DNA of 64,000 bases from Bacilli bacterium (GCA_045119835.1 JBGVED010000040.1:388-64387); one strand, 5' to 3'; counted from the stretch's first letter, positions 1 to 9,951 are shown. Numbers and translations are program-made. The notes: generated by a model not told the origin, from the letters alone.

Positions 1-2996
1 ACGTCACTAACCGATAAAGTACCTGTATTATAAATTGCATACATCGTACCCGAATAAGAAGCATTAGCAACAATGCTTCCCCCATTTATTGTTAAAGTTC
101 CCTTATTTTCAATACCATAATAAGTATCATAACCAGTACTACAAGAAGAAGTATAAGTCATTCCATTCAAATCTAATGTAAGTGTTCGACCACTCCCTAA
201 ATACACACATCCTTCAACATTATCTAAAAGTTTTATAGTATTACCATTAGTAGCACTATTAAATGCACTTAATATTGTATCATAAGATGCTACATAAGAG
301 CCACCAGAATCTAACTCTAAAACGGGACTAATCTTTAAATATACATATCCACTTTCCTCCACTATTGTAGCATACTCTTCTACATCATCCAATATAGAAG
401 CACAAGTAGTAGATGCTTCATCCTCATAACAACTTACTTGTATTTTGCCATCATAAAAATTGAAAATGGTATTAGTACTAGTTACATTGATATCACCAGA
501 TATATTAGGCTCAGTTAATGAGATAACTCCATCTTTTTTACCTATAGTAAAAGTTCCTCCACTTATATAAGCTGCAAAAGCCTCGAGTTCGCTATATTCT
601 GTTGTAGAGATATCACCATCTATCATTGTCATAACGCCAGGAGAAACATTATACAAGCCATAATTTTTAACCGCTCCATCAAGATCCATTTGAATATAAT
701 CTATTGTTATTTTGCCGCTATTATGCACCCCTATAGCATAAGAGTTTGATAAAATTGAAACATACATTTTTTTTATTTCAACAACCCCTGTACTAGTATT
801 CTCTATTCCATATGCAATAGCTTCTGGTGGACCAAATTCATATTTTCCATCAACTAATAAAGTTGCTTCCTCAACGATTAAGGTTCCTGAATTTTTTATT
901 CCATAAATATCCGAATATTTATAACCATTTATTATTGTTCCATTCCCTTTAATAGTTAAATTTCCTTTATTATTTATAACATCTGAATAGAAATGTTCCT
1001 GCTTAATTATTTTCCCATTCATATCTAAAATTAAAGTTTTTTGACTTGAAACTGTTCCTGAAGCATCCATTAAATCTACTAACAATTTTATCGTATTTCC
1101 ACTAGTAGCACCATTAAATGCACCCGATAATCTCGAATAATACGCTACATGTTCTCCTTCACTATTTAGCTCTTCTATCGCTAACGCTAGATAAGCTTCA
1201 TCATCTTCTTCTATAATTGTATAACCGTCTTCAAAATATTCAAATTTAGATGAACAAGACTTGTCCCTAATGCCACTACAAGTATAACTAGCATTGCTGG
1301 TACGTTGACGGTTGTAACCCTTCTTTATTATTCCATCATAAAAATTACGTCTTGGTTGCGTTGATGATACTTCTATTCCACCAACTATTTCAGGATTAGT
1401 TTTAGAAACCTCTCCATCTTTTACACCTATAGTTAAAACACTTGTACTCGATCCTACATTTTCTAATGCAATTATACGATAATACTGAAGCTTTGTTTCA
1501 TCTCCAGTTGCTTCTAAAGTTCCTTTGGTAAAATATAAACTTCCATTATTATATATACCCTCCACATAAGTTGTTTCTCCCACAGTTTGCACATCTGCGT
1601 ACACATAAATACTTGCCCCATCTATAGTTAATGTTCCTTTATTATAAATTCCATATACGGCCCTAGTTGCTGTTAGATTGACATTTATTTGTCCATCTCC
1701 AATAATTGTCAAAGTTCCATTATTATCTATCTGTTTCAATAAATCAGCACTAGAACTAGAATTGCAACTTAAAATTTTCCCATTCAAATCCAATATCAAT
1801 GTCTTTGTACTCTCTAAAGTAATCCCACACTCTTCTATATTTTCTATCAACTTAATAGTATTCCCACTTGTAGCACCACTAAAAGCAGCAGACAATGTTT
1901 TATAATATGCGACATGAATTCCACTTGAAGTTAATTCCTCTATAGGATTATTTATCTGTTGTAAATAAACAATACCACTTTGTTCTACCAATTCATTATC
2001 CACCTCAATAGAAAACATTACACTAGAACACGGAACAATGATGTTTAAATCCTGATCAGTTTTACAAACACCAGTTATCTTCCCATCATAAAAGTTAATT
2101 GATCCATAAGTATATAATATATTACCTACAATATTTGGAATACTTTGCGAAACATTTCCATCCATAACACCAATAGTTACCGAACCATTTTCAACATTTA
2201 TAGAATTATAAAAATCATCTTCACTTGCATCTATGCTAACATTTTGCTCTATATTTATGCTACCTCCAGTTGCATACAATACACTAACACCTTCAGACCC
2301 ACCAGAAGCCGTTAAAAAAGATTCAGAATGAATATATGTAGAATTAGATTTTGCCTCTATCGCATAAGCGCGAAAAGAGGAATTTGATTGAATATTAACA
2401 TCGTACAAATCCACCAATCCACTAGTATGTATACCCCACGCTGAAAGTTCACCACAAAAATCTCCCATACATGCAACTCCAACTCTAATCTTAACATCAC
2501 TTATATACAAAATAGCGCCAGTTGAATTTGTTACCCCATATGCATCAACACTTACTTCTTCTCCACTTGGAATATCAACCGAATAAAGAACAGTTAAATT
2601 TCCTGTCCCAAAAATATTTAAAGTACCCCTATTAACTATTCCACTATAACTAAAATGATCTCCATAAGAAAAAACATTATCAGAACAAATTATATCAAAA
2701 TCATTCATATGTAATGAAAGTATTTTTCCACTAGCTAAGGTTACATTACACTCATGTATATCACTTGTAAGCATAATAATACTTCCGCTAGCAGCATTAT
2801 TAAATGCCAATTGTAGAGAATCATATGATTCAATAGTATTACCACGGCCATCAACTTCTTCAACATTAGCGCTAACTTTACTACTATTACTAACCATTCC
2901 CACGACTAAAAAAGTAATTATTAAAATAAGATATTTTAATAGTGATAATATACTCATTAATTTTTTATTTGCTTCTAAATTATCAAACGAATACAT
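1..2996 (-). CDS. Secreted or cell-surface repeat protein (N-terminal signal/anchor plus four tandem ~250-300 aa beta-helix-like modules). The 3' end runs off the window, so it is partial. It is absent from the supplied ORF track.
   Basis: Own reverse-complement translation. The ATG at 2996-2994 is preceded by GAGGTGG (complement of 3001-3007). The product begins MYSFDNLEANKKLMSILSLLKYLILIITFLVVGMVSNSSKVSANVEEV. Any ORF from this ATG with an in-window stop would have been listed in the track, so the frame must stay open to position 1. Repeated module headers are IEELTSSGIHVAYYKTLSAAFSGATSGNTIKL, IEELNSEGEHVAYYSRLSGAFNGATSGNTIKL and LELDSGGSYVASYDTILSAFNSATNGNTIKL. Repeated NxGTLTIxG and FYDGKI motifs are also present. 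Confidence 0.8.
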   Translation of the reverse strand, partial: MYSFDNLEANKKLMSILSLLKYLILIITFLVVGMVSNSSKVSANVEEVDGRGNTIESYDSLQLAFNNAASGSIIMLTSDIHECNVTLASGKILSLHMNDFDIICSDNVFSYGDHFSYSGIVNRGTLNIFGTGNLTVLYSVDIPSGEEVSVDAYGVTNSTGAILYISDVKIRVGVACMGDFCGELSAWGIHTSGLVDLYDVNIQSNSSFRAYAIEAKSNSTYIHSESFLTASGGSEGVSVLYATGGSINIEQNVSIDASEDDFYNSINVENGSVTIGVMDGNVSQSIPNIVGNILYTYGSINFYDGKITGVCKTDQDLNIIVPCSSVMFSIEVDNELVEQSGIVYLQQINNPIEELTSSGIHVAYYKTLSAAFSGATSGNTIKLIENIEECGITLESTKTLILDLNGKILSCNSSSSADLLKQIDNNGTLTIIGDGQINVNLTATRAVYGIYNKGTLTIDGASIYVYADVQTVGETTYVEGIYNNGSLYFTKGTLEATGDETKLQYYRIIALENVGSSTSVLTIGVKDGEVSKTNPEIVGGIEVSSTQPRRNFYDGIIKKGYNRQRTSNASYTCSGIRDKSCSSKFEYFEDGYTIIEEDDEAYLALAIEELNSEGEHVAYYSRLSGAFNGATSGNTIKLLVDLMDASGTVSSQKTLILDMNGKIIKQEHFYSDVINNKGNLTIKGNGTIINGYKYSDIYGIKNSGTLIVEEATLLVDGKYEFGPPEAIAYGIENTSTGVVEIKKMYVSILSNSYAIGVHNSGKITIDYIQMDLDGAVKNYGLYNVSPGVMTMIDGDISTTEYSELEAFAAYISGGTFTIGKKDGVISLTEPNISGDINVTSTNTIFNFYDGKIQVSCYEDEASTTCASILDDVEEYATIVEESGYVYLKISPVLELDSGGSYVASYDTILSAFNSATNGNTIKLLDNVEGCVYLGSGRTLTLDLNGMTYTSSCSTGYDTYYGIENKGTLTINGGSIVANASYSGTMYAIYNTGTLSVSD
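225..2865 (-). repeat. Four tandem protein-level repeat modules inside the surface protein gene. Module headers lie near 2765-2865, 1846-1950, 1085-1180 and 225-323.
   Basis: Related DNA strings recur, for example ccactagtagcaccattaaatgcac (about 1100), cccacttgtagcaccactaaaagcagc (about 1863) and ccattagtagcactattaaatgcac (about 243). The period is about 760-910 nt. Confidence 0.7.
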
Positions 2997-3112
2997 ACTA
3001 CCACCTCTTTTCCACTACAAAAAAATCCCTAAAGACTTATTAAAATAATAAATCAAAAAAGGATAAAACTCAATGAAACCAAACGAATATGTTAAAAACA
3101 TCCTCTATTCTT

Positions 3113-3159
3113 CACAAAAAAAGGTAATAAATACGTTATTAACATAAATTATTACCCTT
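3113..3159 (-). terminator. Rho-independent terminator after the coiled-coil protein gene
   Basis: On the minus strand, the stem GGTAATAA/TTATTACC (3123-3130 with 3149-3156) is followed by a T8 run (complement of 3113-3120). Confidence 0.6.
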
Positions 3160-3163
3160 AAAA

Positions 3164-4816
3164 TTACTTCTTTTTAATAGTTATCCTATTATTTAAAACA
3201 TCTATAACTCTATCTACAAATTCTTCTTCATTTAGTTTATCATCAACTGCATCAGGAACTATCTTTTTAGCCTCTTCTACTGCTTTATCAATAATTTTTT
3301 GTATTTGTTTATCATCAAATCCTACAAGTTTCTTCTTTAATTGGATTCCGATTCTAACAGAAATACTTTTATTTAAAGAAATTTTCATTTCTTCAATTTC
3401 TTTTTTTATACTAACATCAATACGACCATAAACCTCTTGATATGCTTTTGTTAACTCTTCTAACTTAACAGATAAACTTGCTAAATCCAAAGAAGTTAAA
3501 TGCTCTTTAAATCCACTAACAATTTGACTAATCTCTTCTTTATAAGTATCAAGTTCTACTCTATCTACTTTACCTTTAACAGCAGCATTTATCTTTTTAG
3601 TTACTGAAGACATAATATTTTTCTTCATTGCCTCTACTTCTTTCTTAACACTTTCATCAATACGACCATTTACTTCTTCATACGATTTTGTCAATTCATC
3701 TAGTTTAAGATACAAACTTGATAAATCGTTAGAATTCAAACGATGATTAAAACCATCTAAAATACCTCTAACTTCTGCCATAAATACATTCAAATCGGTT
3801 CTACTAACTGTATTTTTAATAACCTCATTAATTTTTCTATTAGTCATAATCGCAACATTAGATTTAAATTTCTTTAATTTTGCATCTAAAGAAGCATCCA
3901 ATCCTTTAAAATCCTTCTCAAGTTTGTCTAAAGAATCATTAATTGCTTTTAAATCTATCAAATCAACTTTTTCTTTATATTGACCGACAACTTTTGCAAG
4001 CTCATTTATCTTTTCATCAACATCTTCTTTACTAGCCTTACTCTTATCTAATTTAGCAACACTAGATAAAGATAACTCAAGAGCTCTTTTTATTTTCATA
4101 AATTCGTTAATGTTTTCAACTTCATTTTTAATTGTTCTAAAGTTTGTTGTTGCATTAACTTTAAAGTCATCTACCTTAGTATCATTAATAATCATATTTA
4201 TCGTTTCATCAAATAAAGAATCAATCATATCTTTTGAGGCAATTATCTTAGCTGTTCTATTCTTTTTATTACTTAAATCAACATTATCAAGAGAAATTTT
4301 TTTTCTTTCATTCTCATAAAATCTATACTTTTCAGATACATTTGCTAAAACGCTTTTCTCACACTTATCAACAAAGCTTTCAACCCCAACAAATGGTTTA
4401 TTAGTATCTAACACAGCTTGAAGATCACTCTTATTATTTAAAGTTTCTATAGAATTTTGAACTTTAGCAATATATTTTTGAGAAACAGAATTCCATCTAC
4501 TTTTAATTGCTTTTTCTAACAACTCTCTATGTTCTTTAGTATCTGGATCTATCTTAACAGAATCTAATTTTTTAGCAATAACAGCATCAATTCTAGCACT
4601 ATCTTTTTCAACAGCAGCAATCCTGTCTTGCAATGTCTTTCTAACCTTTTCTACTGTCAAAGTACGTTGTGGCTTAGGAGTTGGTTTTGGAAGTGTAGGT
4701 ACTGTTTTATTAGTTGTTTTTCTATTTTTGATTTTTTTTACAACAGCAGCAATTGTTCCCCCTACAACAGTAACACCAAACGTTCCTCCTACAATAACTA
4801 AAACAGATGTTAACAT
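3164..4816 (-). CDS. Membrane-anchored coiled-coil protein of unknown function, with an internal ~80 aa tandem duplication
   Basis: The N-terminal TM segment is MLTSVLVIVGGTFGVTVVGGTIAAVV. A PKPTPKP linker follows, then a long charged heptad-like sequence. The SD AAGGAGTGG lies upstream and overlaps the end of the preceding gene. Confidence 0.7.
   Translation of the reverse strand: MLTSVLVIVGGTFGVTVVGGTIAAVVKKIKNRKTTNKTVPTLPKPTPKPQRTLTVEKVRKTLQDRIAAVEKDSARIDAVIAKKLDSVKIDPDTKEHRELLEKAIKSRWNSVSQKYIAKVQNSIETLNNKSDLQAVLDTNKPFVGVESFVDKCEKSVLANVSEKYRFYENERKKISLDNVDLSNKKNRTAKIIASKDMIDSLFDETINMIINDTKVDDFKVNATTNFRTIKNEVENINEFMKIKRALELSLSSVAKLDKSKASKEDVDEKINELAKVVGQYKEKVDLIDLKAINDSLDKLEKDFKGLDASLDAKLKKFKSNVAIMTNRKINEVIKNTVSRTDLNVFMAEVRGILDGFNHRLNSNDLSSLYLKLDELTKSYEEVNGRIDESVKKEVEAMKKNIMSSVTKKINAAVKGKVDRVELDTYKEEISQIVSGFKEHLTSLDLASLSVKLEELTKAYQEVYGRIDVSIKKEIEEMKISLNKSISVRIGIQLKKKLVGFDDKQIQKIIDKAVEEAKKIVPDAVDDKLNEEEFVDRVIDVLNNRITIKKK
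3317..3754 (-). repeat. Tandem duplication inside the coiled-coil gene (aa 355-434 and aa 435-500)
   Basis: FNHRLNSNDLSSLYLKLDELTKSYEEVNGRIDESVKKEVEAMKKNI aligns with FKEHLTSLDLASLSVKLEELTKAYQEVYGRIDVSIKKEIEEMKISL. Confidence 0.75.
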
Positions 4817-4827
4817 ACTACCACTCC

Positions 4828-5298
4828 TTATCTACCCTTGCGAGTTACAGGCTTCTTAACTTCTCTTTTCTCTTCCTCAAAATTAAGATCTACATCTTCT
4901 ACTTCTTCAACAACTTTTGTTTTAGGTGCAGTTCTAACTGTTTTCACCTCTGGAGCCAAACTAATTGTTTGTTCTTCTTCTCTTTCTTGTTCCAACTCTT
5001 GTTCTTGTGTTCTTTCACGATTTAATTCTTTATCTCTTTTATTTGATTTTTCTTTAGAATCTCCATTTATCAAGCGATTAATACCTTTAACAACTAAAGA
5101 AGCTAATCCAACACCAGCTCCTCCAGCACCCATCAAAATAGCAACATTTCTAAGAAACATAGCAGGACTAAGAAGTGAAGGCCCAACCAAAACAAGCGTC
5201 AAAACAGAAGCAAGCACAAAAGCAAGCAATATCAACCCTGCAACCAAAAATGGTTTCTTTTTCTTAGTTTCATTAGATTTATTATTCTTAATAGCCAT
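4828..5298 (-). CDS. Small membrane protein with a highly charged C-terminal tail, function unknown
   Basis: Two hydrophobic segments (PFLVAGLILLAFVLASVLTLVLVG and AILMGAGGAGVGLASLVV) are followed by an E/K/R-rich tail. The SD AAGAGGT lies upstream. The gap to the next gene is 11 nt, so an operon is likely. Confidence 0.6.
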   Translation of the reverse strand: MAIKNNKSNETKKKKPFLVAGLILLAFVLASVLTLVLVGPSLLSPAMFLRNVAILMGAGGAGVGLASLVVKGINRLINGDSKEKSNKRDKELNRERTQEQELEQEREEEQTISLAPEVKTVRTAPKTKVVEEVEDVDLNFEEEKREVKKPVTRKGR

Positions 5299-5379
5299 CT
5301 TAATTACCTCTTTTCATTTATTATTTAAAATAATTATACCATGTTGTAAGCAAAATTCAACAATTAATTACACAAAGCC

Positions 5380-5817
5380 CTAATTTTCAAGAGTCAAAGT
5401 AAATGGTCCATCATTAACAATATTTACTATCATATCTGCTCCAAATTCCCCTCTTTGGACCACAAAGCCATTACTTTTCAAACGTTCATTAAATAATTCA
5501 TATAATTTAATTGCTTTTTCCCTATTTGCTGATTTAGTAAAACTAGGCCTATTGCACCCATTTAAATCCGCACACAAAGTAAATTGAGAAATTGAAAGAA
5601 TACTACCGTCAACATCCTTTAAAGAAATATTTGTTTTACCAAATTCATCCTTAAAAACCCTAAGCTTAGAAATCTTATCGGCTAATTTTATCACTTTTTC
5701 CTCACTATCATCCTCAAAGACACCTACAAAAAGCAAATATCCCTTACCTATTTCTCCTATTATTTTACTATCAACTTCAACACTAGCTTTTCTTACAACC
5801 TGTAAAACAACTTTCAT
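5380..5817 (-). CDS. dtd: D-aminoacyl-tRNA deacylase
   Basis: The motifs SQFTL, NRPSF and GEFGADMIVNIVNDGPFTL are present and the length is about 145 aa. The start was moved to the MKVV ATG at 5817, which has the SD GGGGTG. Confidence 0.9.
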   Translation of the reverse strand: MKVVLQVVRKASVEVDSKIIGEIGKGYLLFVGVFEDDSEEKVIKLADKISKLRVFKDEFGKTNISLKDVDGSILSISQFTLCADLNGCNRPSFTKSANREKAIKLYELFNERLKSNGFVVQRGEFGADMIVNIVNDGPFTLTLEN

Positions 5818-5921
5818 CTTAAACACCCCATTTAAGTTTACTAATAACAATAATTATTTTCAATAAATAAATGACTAAATTAAAGTTTGCTATTATAATA
5901 AAGAAGATTGGAAGTGAATTT

Positions 5922-7184
5922 ATGAATAAAGAACCATTAGCATATCGCCTTAGACCTACCACAATAGATGATGTATATGGTCAAGAACATTTAACAGACT
6001 CAAATGGATTTATAAGAAAATGCATTGAAAACAATACTATATTTTCAATGATATTTTATGGTAATCCAGGATGTGGCAAAACAACTTTAGCAACAATAAT
6101 AGCACAAAGTTTAAACATACATTACAGATTCTTAAATGCCACTACTTCTAACAAAAAAGACATGGAAATAGTAATAGAAGAAGCCAAAATGTATGGTCAT
6201 TTAATAGTAATAATAGATGAAGTACACCGATTAAATAAAGACAAACAAGACTACTTACTATCATACATAGAAAGTGGGTTAATAACCTTAATTGGAGCAA
6301 CTACCGCAAATCCATACCACTCAATAAACCCTGCTATTAGATCTAGATGCCACATATTAGAAATAAAGCCGTTAAATAAAGAAGCTATAGTTAAAATACT
6401 AAAAAATGCTCTAATAAATGAAAAAGGATTAAATAATAATTACTCGTGTGATGAAAAAGTACTAGAAATTCTAGCAACAAAAAGCAATGGAGATGTAAGA
6501 TTTGCTCTAAATAATCTTGAAGTATTATCAATAACATGCTCAAATAACCAAATAACTACAGATGATTTAAAAAGGAATTTAAGAATACCAAACTATATGT
6601 TCGATAAAAACGAAGATGGTTACTACAATTCACTAAGTGCCTTACAAAAATCAATAAGAGGAAGTGATGTAGATGCTGCTTTATACTACCTAGCAAGACT
6701 CTGCGAAGCAGAAGATCTTATTTCAATTGAAAGAAGACTTTTAGTTATAGCATACGAAGATATAGGTCTAGGAAACCCTAATGCCGTAGATAGAACATTT
6801 AATGCTATAGAAACAGCAAAAAAAGTGGGATTCCCAGAAGCTATAATCCCACTCTCATTCGCTGTTATTGATTTAGCGCTATCTCCTAAATCTAAAAGTG
6901 CATATTTATCAATCAATAAGGCAGTAGAACTATACAGACAAAAACCAATAGATATGCCAGATTACTTACACTTAACACCTGCTAACTTAAATGACAATCA
7001 AAAATACCCTTATGATAAAAGTGAATCATGGATAAAAATAGCCTACCTTCCTTACCAGTTAAGAAAAGAAAAATTATATCAATACGCCACCAACGGAAAC
7101 TATGAAAAAGCACTAGTAGACAACTATTTGAAAATATCTAAAATACAAAGAACTTATAATTTAGAAGAAATAAACAAAAACTAA
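5922..7184 (+). CDS. rarA: Replication-associated recombination protein A (AAA+ ATPase RarA/MgsA)
   Basis: Walker A is GNPGCGKTTLA and Walker B is IIDEVHRLNK. The C-terminal MgsA-like region includes SIRGSDVDAALYYLARL. The start was moved to the ATG at 5922, after GGAAGTGA. Confidence 0.9.
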   Translation: MNKEPLAYRLRPTTIDDVYGQEHLTDSNGFIRKCIENNTIFSMIFYGNPGCGKTTLATIIAQSLNIHYRFLNATTSNKKDMEIVIEEAKMYGHLIVIIDEVHRLNKDKQDYLLSYIESGLITLIGATTANPYHSINPAIRSRCHILEIKPLNKEAIVKILKNALINEKGLNNNYSCDEKVLEILATKSNGDVRFALNNLEVLSITCSNNQITTDDLKRNLRIPNYMFDKNEDGYYNSLSALQKSIRGSDVDAALYYLARLCEAEDLISIERRLLVIAYEDIGLGNPNAVDRTFNAIETAKKVGFPEAIIPLSFAVIDLALSPKSKSAYLSINKAVELYRQKPIDMPDYLHLTPANLNDNQKYPYDKSESWIKIAYLPYQLRKEKLYQYATNGNYEKALVDNYLKISKIQRTYNLEEINKN

Positions 7185-7197
7185 AAATAATTTCAAT

Positions 7198-7262
7198 AAA
7201 AAGCCTGCAAAAAAATGAAGTGAACCCCAAATAGTTCACAATACAAAAAGCAGGCTTTTTTA
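7198..7262. terminator. Bidirectional terminator between convergent rarA and spoVAF
   Basis: AAAAGCCTGC (7198-7208) pairs with GCAGGCTTTT (7250-7260). An inner hairpin gtgaac/gttcac is present, with A and T runs on both sides. Confidence 0.65.
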
Positions 7263-7265
7263 TAC

Positions 7266-8612
7266 TTAATTTACCCCAGACCTAAATACAACCTTACAAA
7301 ACTCTTTATAATCAAATGGTAAAAGAGGATACAAATAAGGCATTCCATATATCTTTATAGAACCTAGTAATACAACTAACAAAGTAAACGAAACTATAAA
7401 ACCAATAGAGCCAAACAAACCAACTATCACAATTAAAAATAATTTAACAAGTTTATTAGCTAAAGATAATTCATAAGAAGGGGTAGCAAACCCTCCAATC
7501 GAAGATATTGAACAATATAATAATATTTCAGATTGAAATAAACCAATTTCTACTGCCATTTGCCCTAAAATAAGGGTAGCAATAAGTCCCATCGCACTAG
7601 ATAAATGATTTGGTGTATGAATAGTCGCTATTCTTAAAAGTTCTATAACTAATTCAACAATAATAATCTGCACTAACACAGGTATTGGAGACTCATTACT
7701 AAGCTTAACAAAAATATTACTAGTAAAACTATCATTATTTAAAGTTAACATCCATAATGGGACTAAAAAAACAGACATAAAAATAGCAAAATATCTTAAA
7801 AGTCTAATAAAAGTACCAACACTAGGAACCTGCCTATATTCCTCAACGTGCTTTGTATGTTCAAATAAAGTAGTCGGAGTAATAATAACACTTGAAGAAG
7901 TATCTACAATTATCGCAATATGCCCCTTTAATAAATGAGCTGCAACTATATCGGGACGTTCGCTATACCTAACAAGAGGAAACGGATTAAATCTTTGCTT
8001 AAATATTTTCTCTTCTAGTGCCCTATCCGACATAACAAGACCATCAATTTTAATATTTTTAATCTTATCTATTATCATTTTTAAACTCTTTTTATTTACC
8101 TTATTATCCAAATACGAAACAACCACATCCGTATTAGAATTATCTCCAACCTTCATAATCTCACACTTAAAATATTCACTTCTTACCCTTCTTCTAATAA
8201 GTCCAACATTTATAATAATATTCTCATTAAAACCATCCTTACTACCTCTAATTGTCTTCTCAGTATCCGGTTCCCCTACACTTCTACCAGGATAATTTCT
8301 GGTTTCAACAACATATATTTTGTCATTTAAAAGCAAAACGCTCATACCACTACTAATAGCTAAAAAAGCTTTATAAACATCGCTTTCTTCTTCAACTGCT
8401 CCACTACTAATTTGCTCTTTTAAATACTCTTCGCTACCACTAAGCATCAAAGAAACATTTAACTCATTTACCCTCTCGCTATCTGCTAAACTAGACAAAA
8501 AATATAAAACTACCTTAATCTCCTTACCCACTTCTCTTCTAATAACATCAAAACTTACTCCTACATTTAATAACTTGGCAAGCCTCTGATCTGTATTATT
8601 ATAATATTTCAT
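7266..8612 (-). CDS. spoVAF: Stage V sporulation protein AF (GerA-family spore germination protein)
   Basis: It shows GerA-family architecture: a soluble N-domain (GRSVGEPDTEKTIRGSKDGF) and a C-terminal multi-TM region. It is the last gene of the spoVA operon and has an ATGA start/stop overlap with spoVAEb. Confidence 0.8.
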   Translation of the reverse strand: MKYYNNTDQRLAKLLNVGVSFDVIRREVGKEIKVVLYFLSSLADSERVNELNVSLMLSGSEEYLKEQISSGAVEEESDVYKAFLAISSGMSVLLLNDKIYVVETRNYPGRSVGEPDTEKTIRGSKDGFNENIIINVGLIRRRVRSEYFKCEIMKVGDNSNTDVVVSYLDNKVNKKSLKMIIDKIKNIKIDGLVMSDRALEEKIFKQRFNPFPLVRYSERPDIVAAHLLKGHIAIIVDTSSSVIITPTTLFEHTKHVEEYRQVPSVGTFIRLLRYFAIFMSVFLVPLWMLTLNNDSFTSNIFVKLSNESPIPVLVQIIIVELVIELLRIATIHTPNHLSSAMGLIATLILGQMAVEIGLFQSEILLYCSISSIGGFATPSYELSLANKLVKLFLIVIVGLFGSIGFIVSFTLLVVLLGSIKIYGMPYLYPLLPFDYKEFCKVVFRSGVN

Positions 8613-8962
8613 GATTTAGGCTTAAAAATAAGAGCTACTAAAAATGCAAAAAGAATTGCACTAGTAATACCAGTCGCAGTCATATCAAATAACCCCGAAG
8701 CAACCCCAAGTAGCCCCTTTTCTCCTCTCATAGCCTCATTTGCTGCGTGCATTAAAGAATGCCCAAAACTAGTAATAGGTAAGCTTGCTCCAACTCGAGA
8801 AATACTAAGAATCTTATCATAAATACCAAAAACATCCAAAAAAGAACCAATAACAACAAACAAACTAGTAATATGCCCTGGAGTTAATTTACTATTATCA
8901 TAAATAATCTGTCCTATCGTACATATAGAGCCACACACAATAAACGCTAATAAATAACTCAT
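8609..8962 (-). CDS. spoVAEB: Stage V sporulation protein AEb
   Basis: The 117-aa product contains CGSICTIGQIIYD, LPITSFGHSL and ILFAFLVALIFKPK, all typical of SpoVAEb. Confidence 0.85.
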   Translation of the reverse strand: MSYLLAFIVCGSICTIGQIIYDNSKLTPGHITSLFVVIGSFLDVFGIYDKILSISRVGASLPITSFGHSLMHAANEAMRGEKGLLGVASGLFDMTATGITSAILFAFLVALIFKPKS

Positions 8963-9951
8963 TCAAGCACCTCCAAACTAACAGCATGAGCAATACATGG
9001 AATACTCTCTTTTTGCTGAATCAACGTAGGTGAAAGCAAAGCACCTGTCGCAACAACCAAAACCTTTTTAAACTCTTTTTTTCTCATCTTTTCTAAAATA
9101 TAACTATAAGTAGTAAGTGCACAACAAGCACACCCACTTCCCCCAGCAAAAACATTTTGATTTACTCTATCATAAATAATTAACCCACAATCATCATAAT
9201 TACTTAACCTAATATTATCCTTTTTAAATAATTCCAAAATAATTCTTTTACCATACGTAGACAAATCACCTGTAAGTATTAAATCATAATAATCGGGATC
9301 CCTATTTAAATCTTTAAAATGCTTTTTTAAAGTACTATATGCTGCCGGCGCCATTGCTACACCCATATTATTAGCATCACTAACTTCATAATCAGTAACT
9401 TCTCCAAATGTCGCACTAGTAACCTTAATATCACTTATAACATTACTAACAACAATAGCACCTGCTCCAGTTGCCGTATAAGTTGTGGTCTCTGGCTTTT
9501 GAATACCATATTCATTTGGATATCTATATTGTCTTTCTGCCGTTGCATTGTGAGATGAAGTAAAAGCAAGAGCTTTATTTGCAAAACCAGCCTCTACATA
9601 ACTTGAAGCCAACGCTAAAGTTAACATTGAAGAAGAACACGCTCCATACGTTCCAATAAGAGGTATCTTGTAGTCCCTTGAAACATAAGTAGATGAAGTA
9701 ATCTGATTTAATAAATCCCCTCCAAACATTATATCTATATCTTTATCATGTAATTTGCTCTTTTTTAACACCAAATCAATCGCTTCTTTTAACATCGTTT
9801 GCTCAGCCTTCTCAAACGTCTTACATCCACAATATAAATCATCATAAGTTTTATCATAATATTCCCCAAGAGGACCTTGCTTCTCAACTAACCCCGCTAC
9901 TGTCGCACTATTAGTCACATAAACATTATTAAAAATTATTGAATTAGACAC
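8959..9951 (-). CDS. spoVAD: Stage V sporulation protein AD (thiolase-like)
   Basis: The 330-aa product has thiolase-like motifs (GTYGACSS and AGGSGCACCA) and sits between spoVAC and spoVAEb. Confidence 0.85.
   Translation of the reverse strand: MSNSIIFNNVYVTNSATVAGLVEKQGPLGEYYDKTYDDLYCGCKTFEKAEQTMLKEAIDLVLKKSKLHDKDIDIMFGGDLLNQITSSTYVSRDYKIPLIGTYGACSSSMLTLALASSYVEAGFANKALAFTSSHNATAERQYRYPNEYGIQKPETTTYTATGAGAIVVSNVISDIKVTSATFGEVTDYEVSDANNMGVAMAPAAYSTLKKHFKDLNRDPDYYDLILTGDLSTYGKRIILELFKKDNIRLSNYDDCGLIIYDRVNQNVFAGGSGCACCALTTYSYILEKMRKKEFKKVLVVATGALLSPTLIQQKESIPCIAHAVSLEVLE

Noticed and set aside
1678-1905. 75-aa plus-strand ORF, the only track entry in the first 3 kb
   Set aside because: It lies antisense inside the long open minus-strand frame of the modular surface protein, so it is a shadow ORF.
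4838-5383. 181-aa plus-strand ORF overlapping the 156-aa minus-strand gene
   Set aside because: Its Ser/Leu/Thr-rich low-complexity translation is typical of the antisense frame of a K/E-rich gene. There is no SD. The minus-strand ORF has an SD and credible TM segments.
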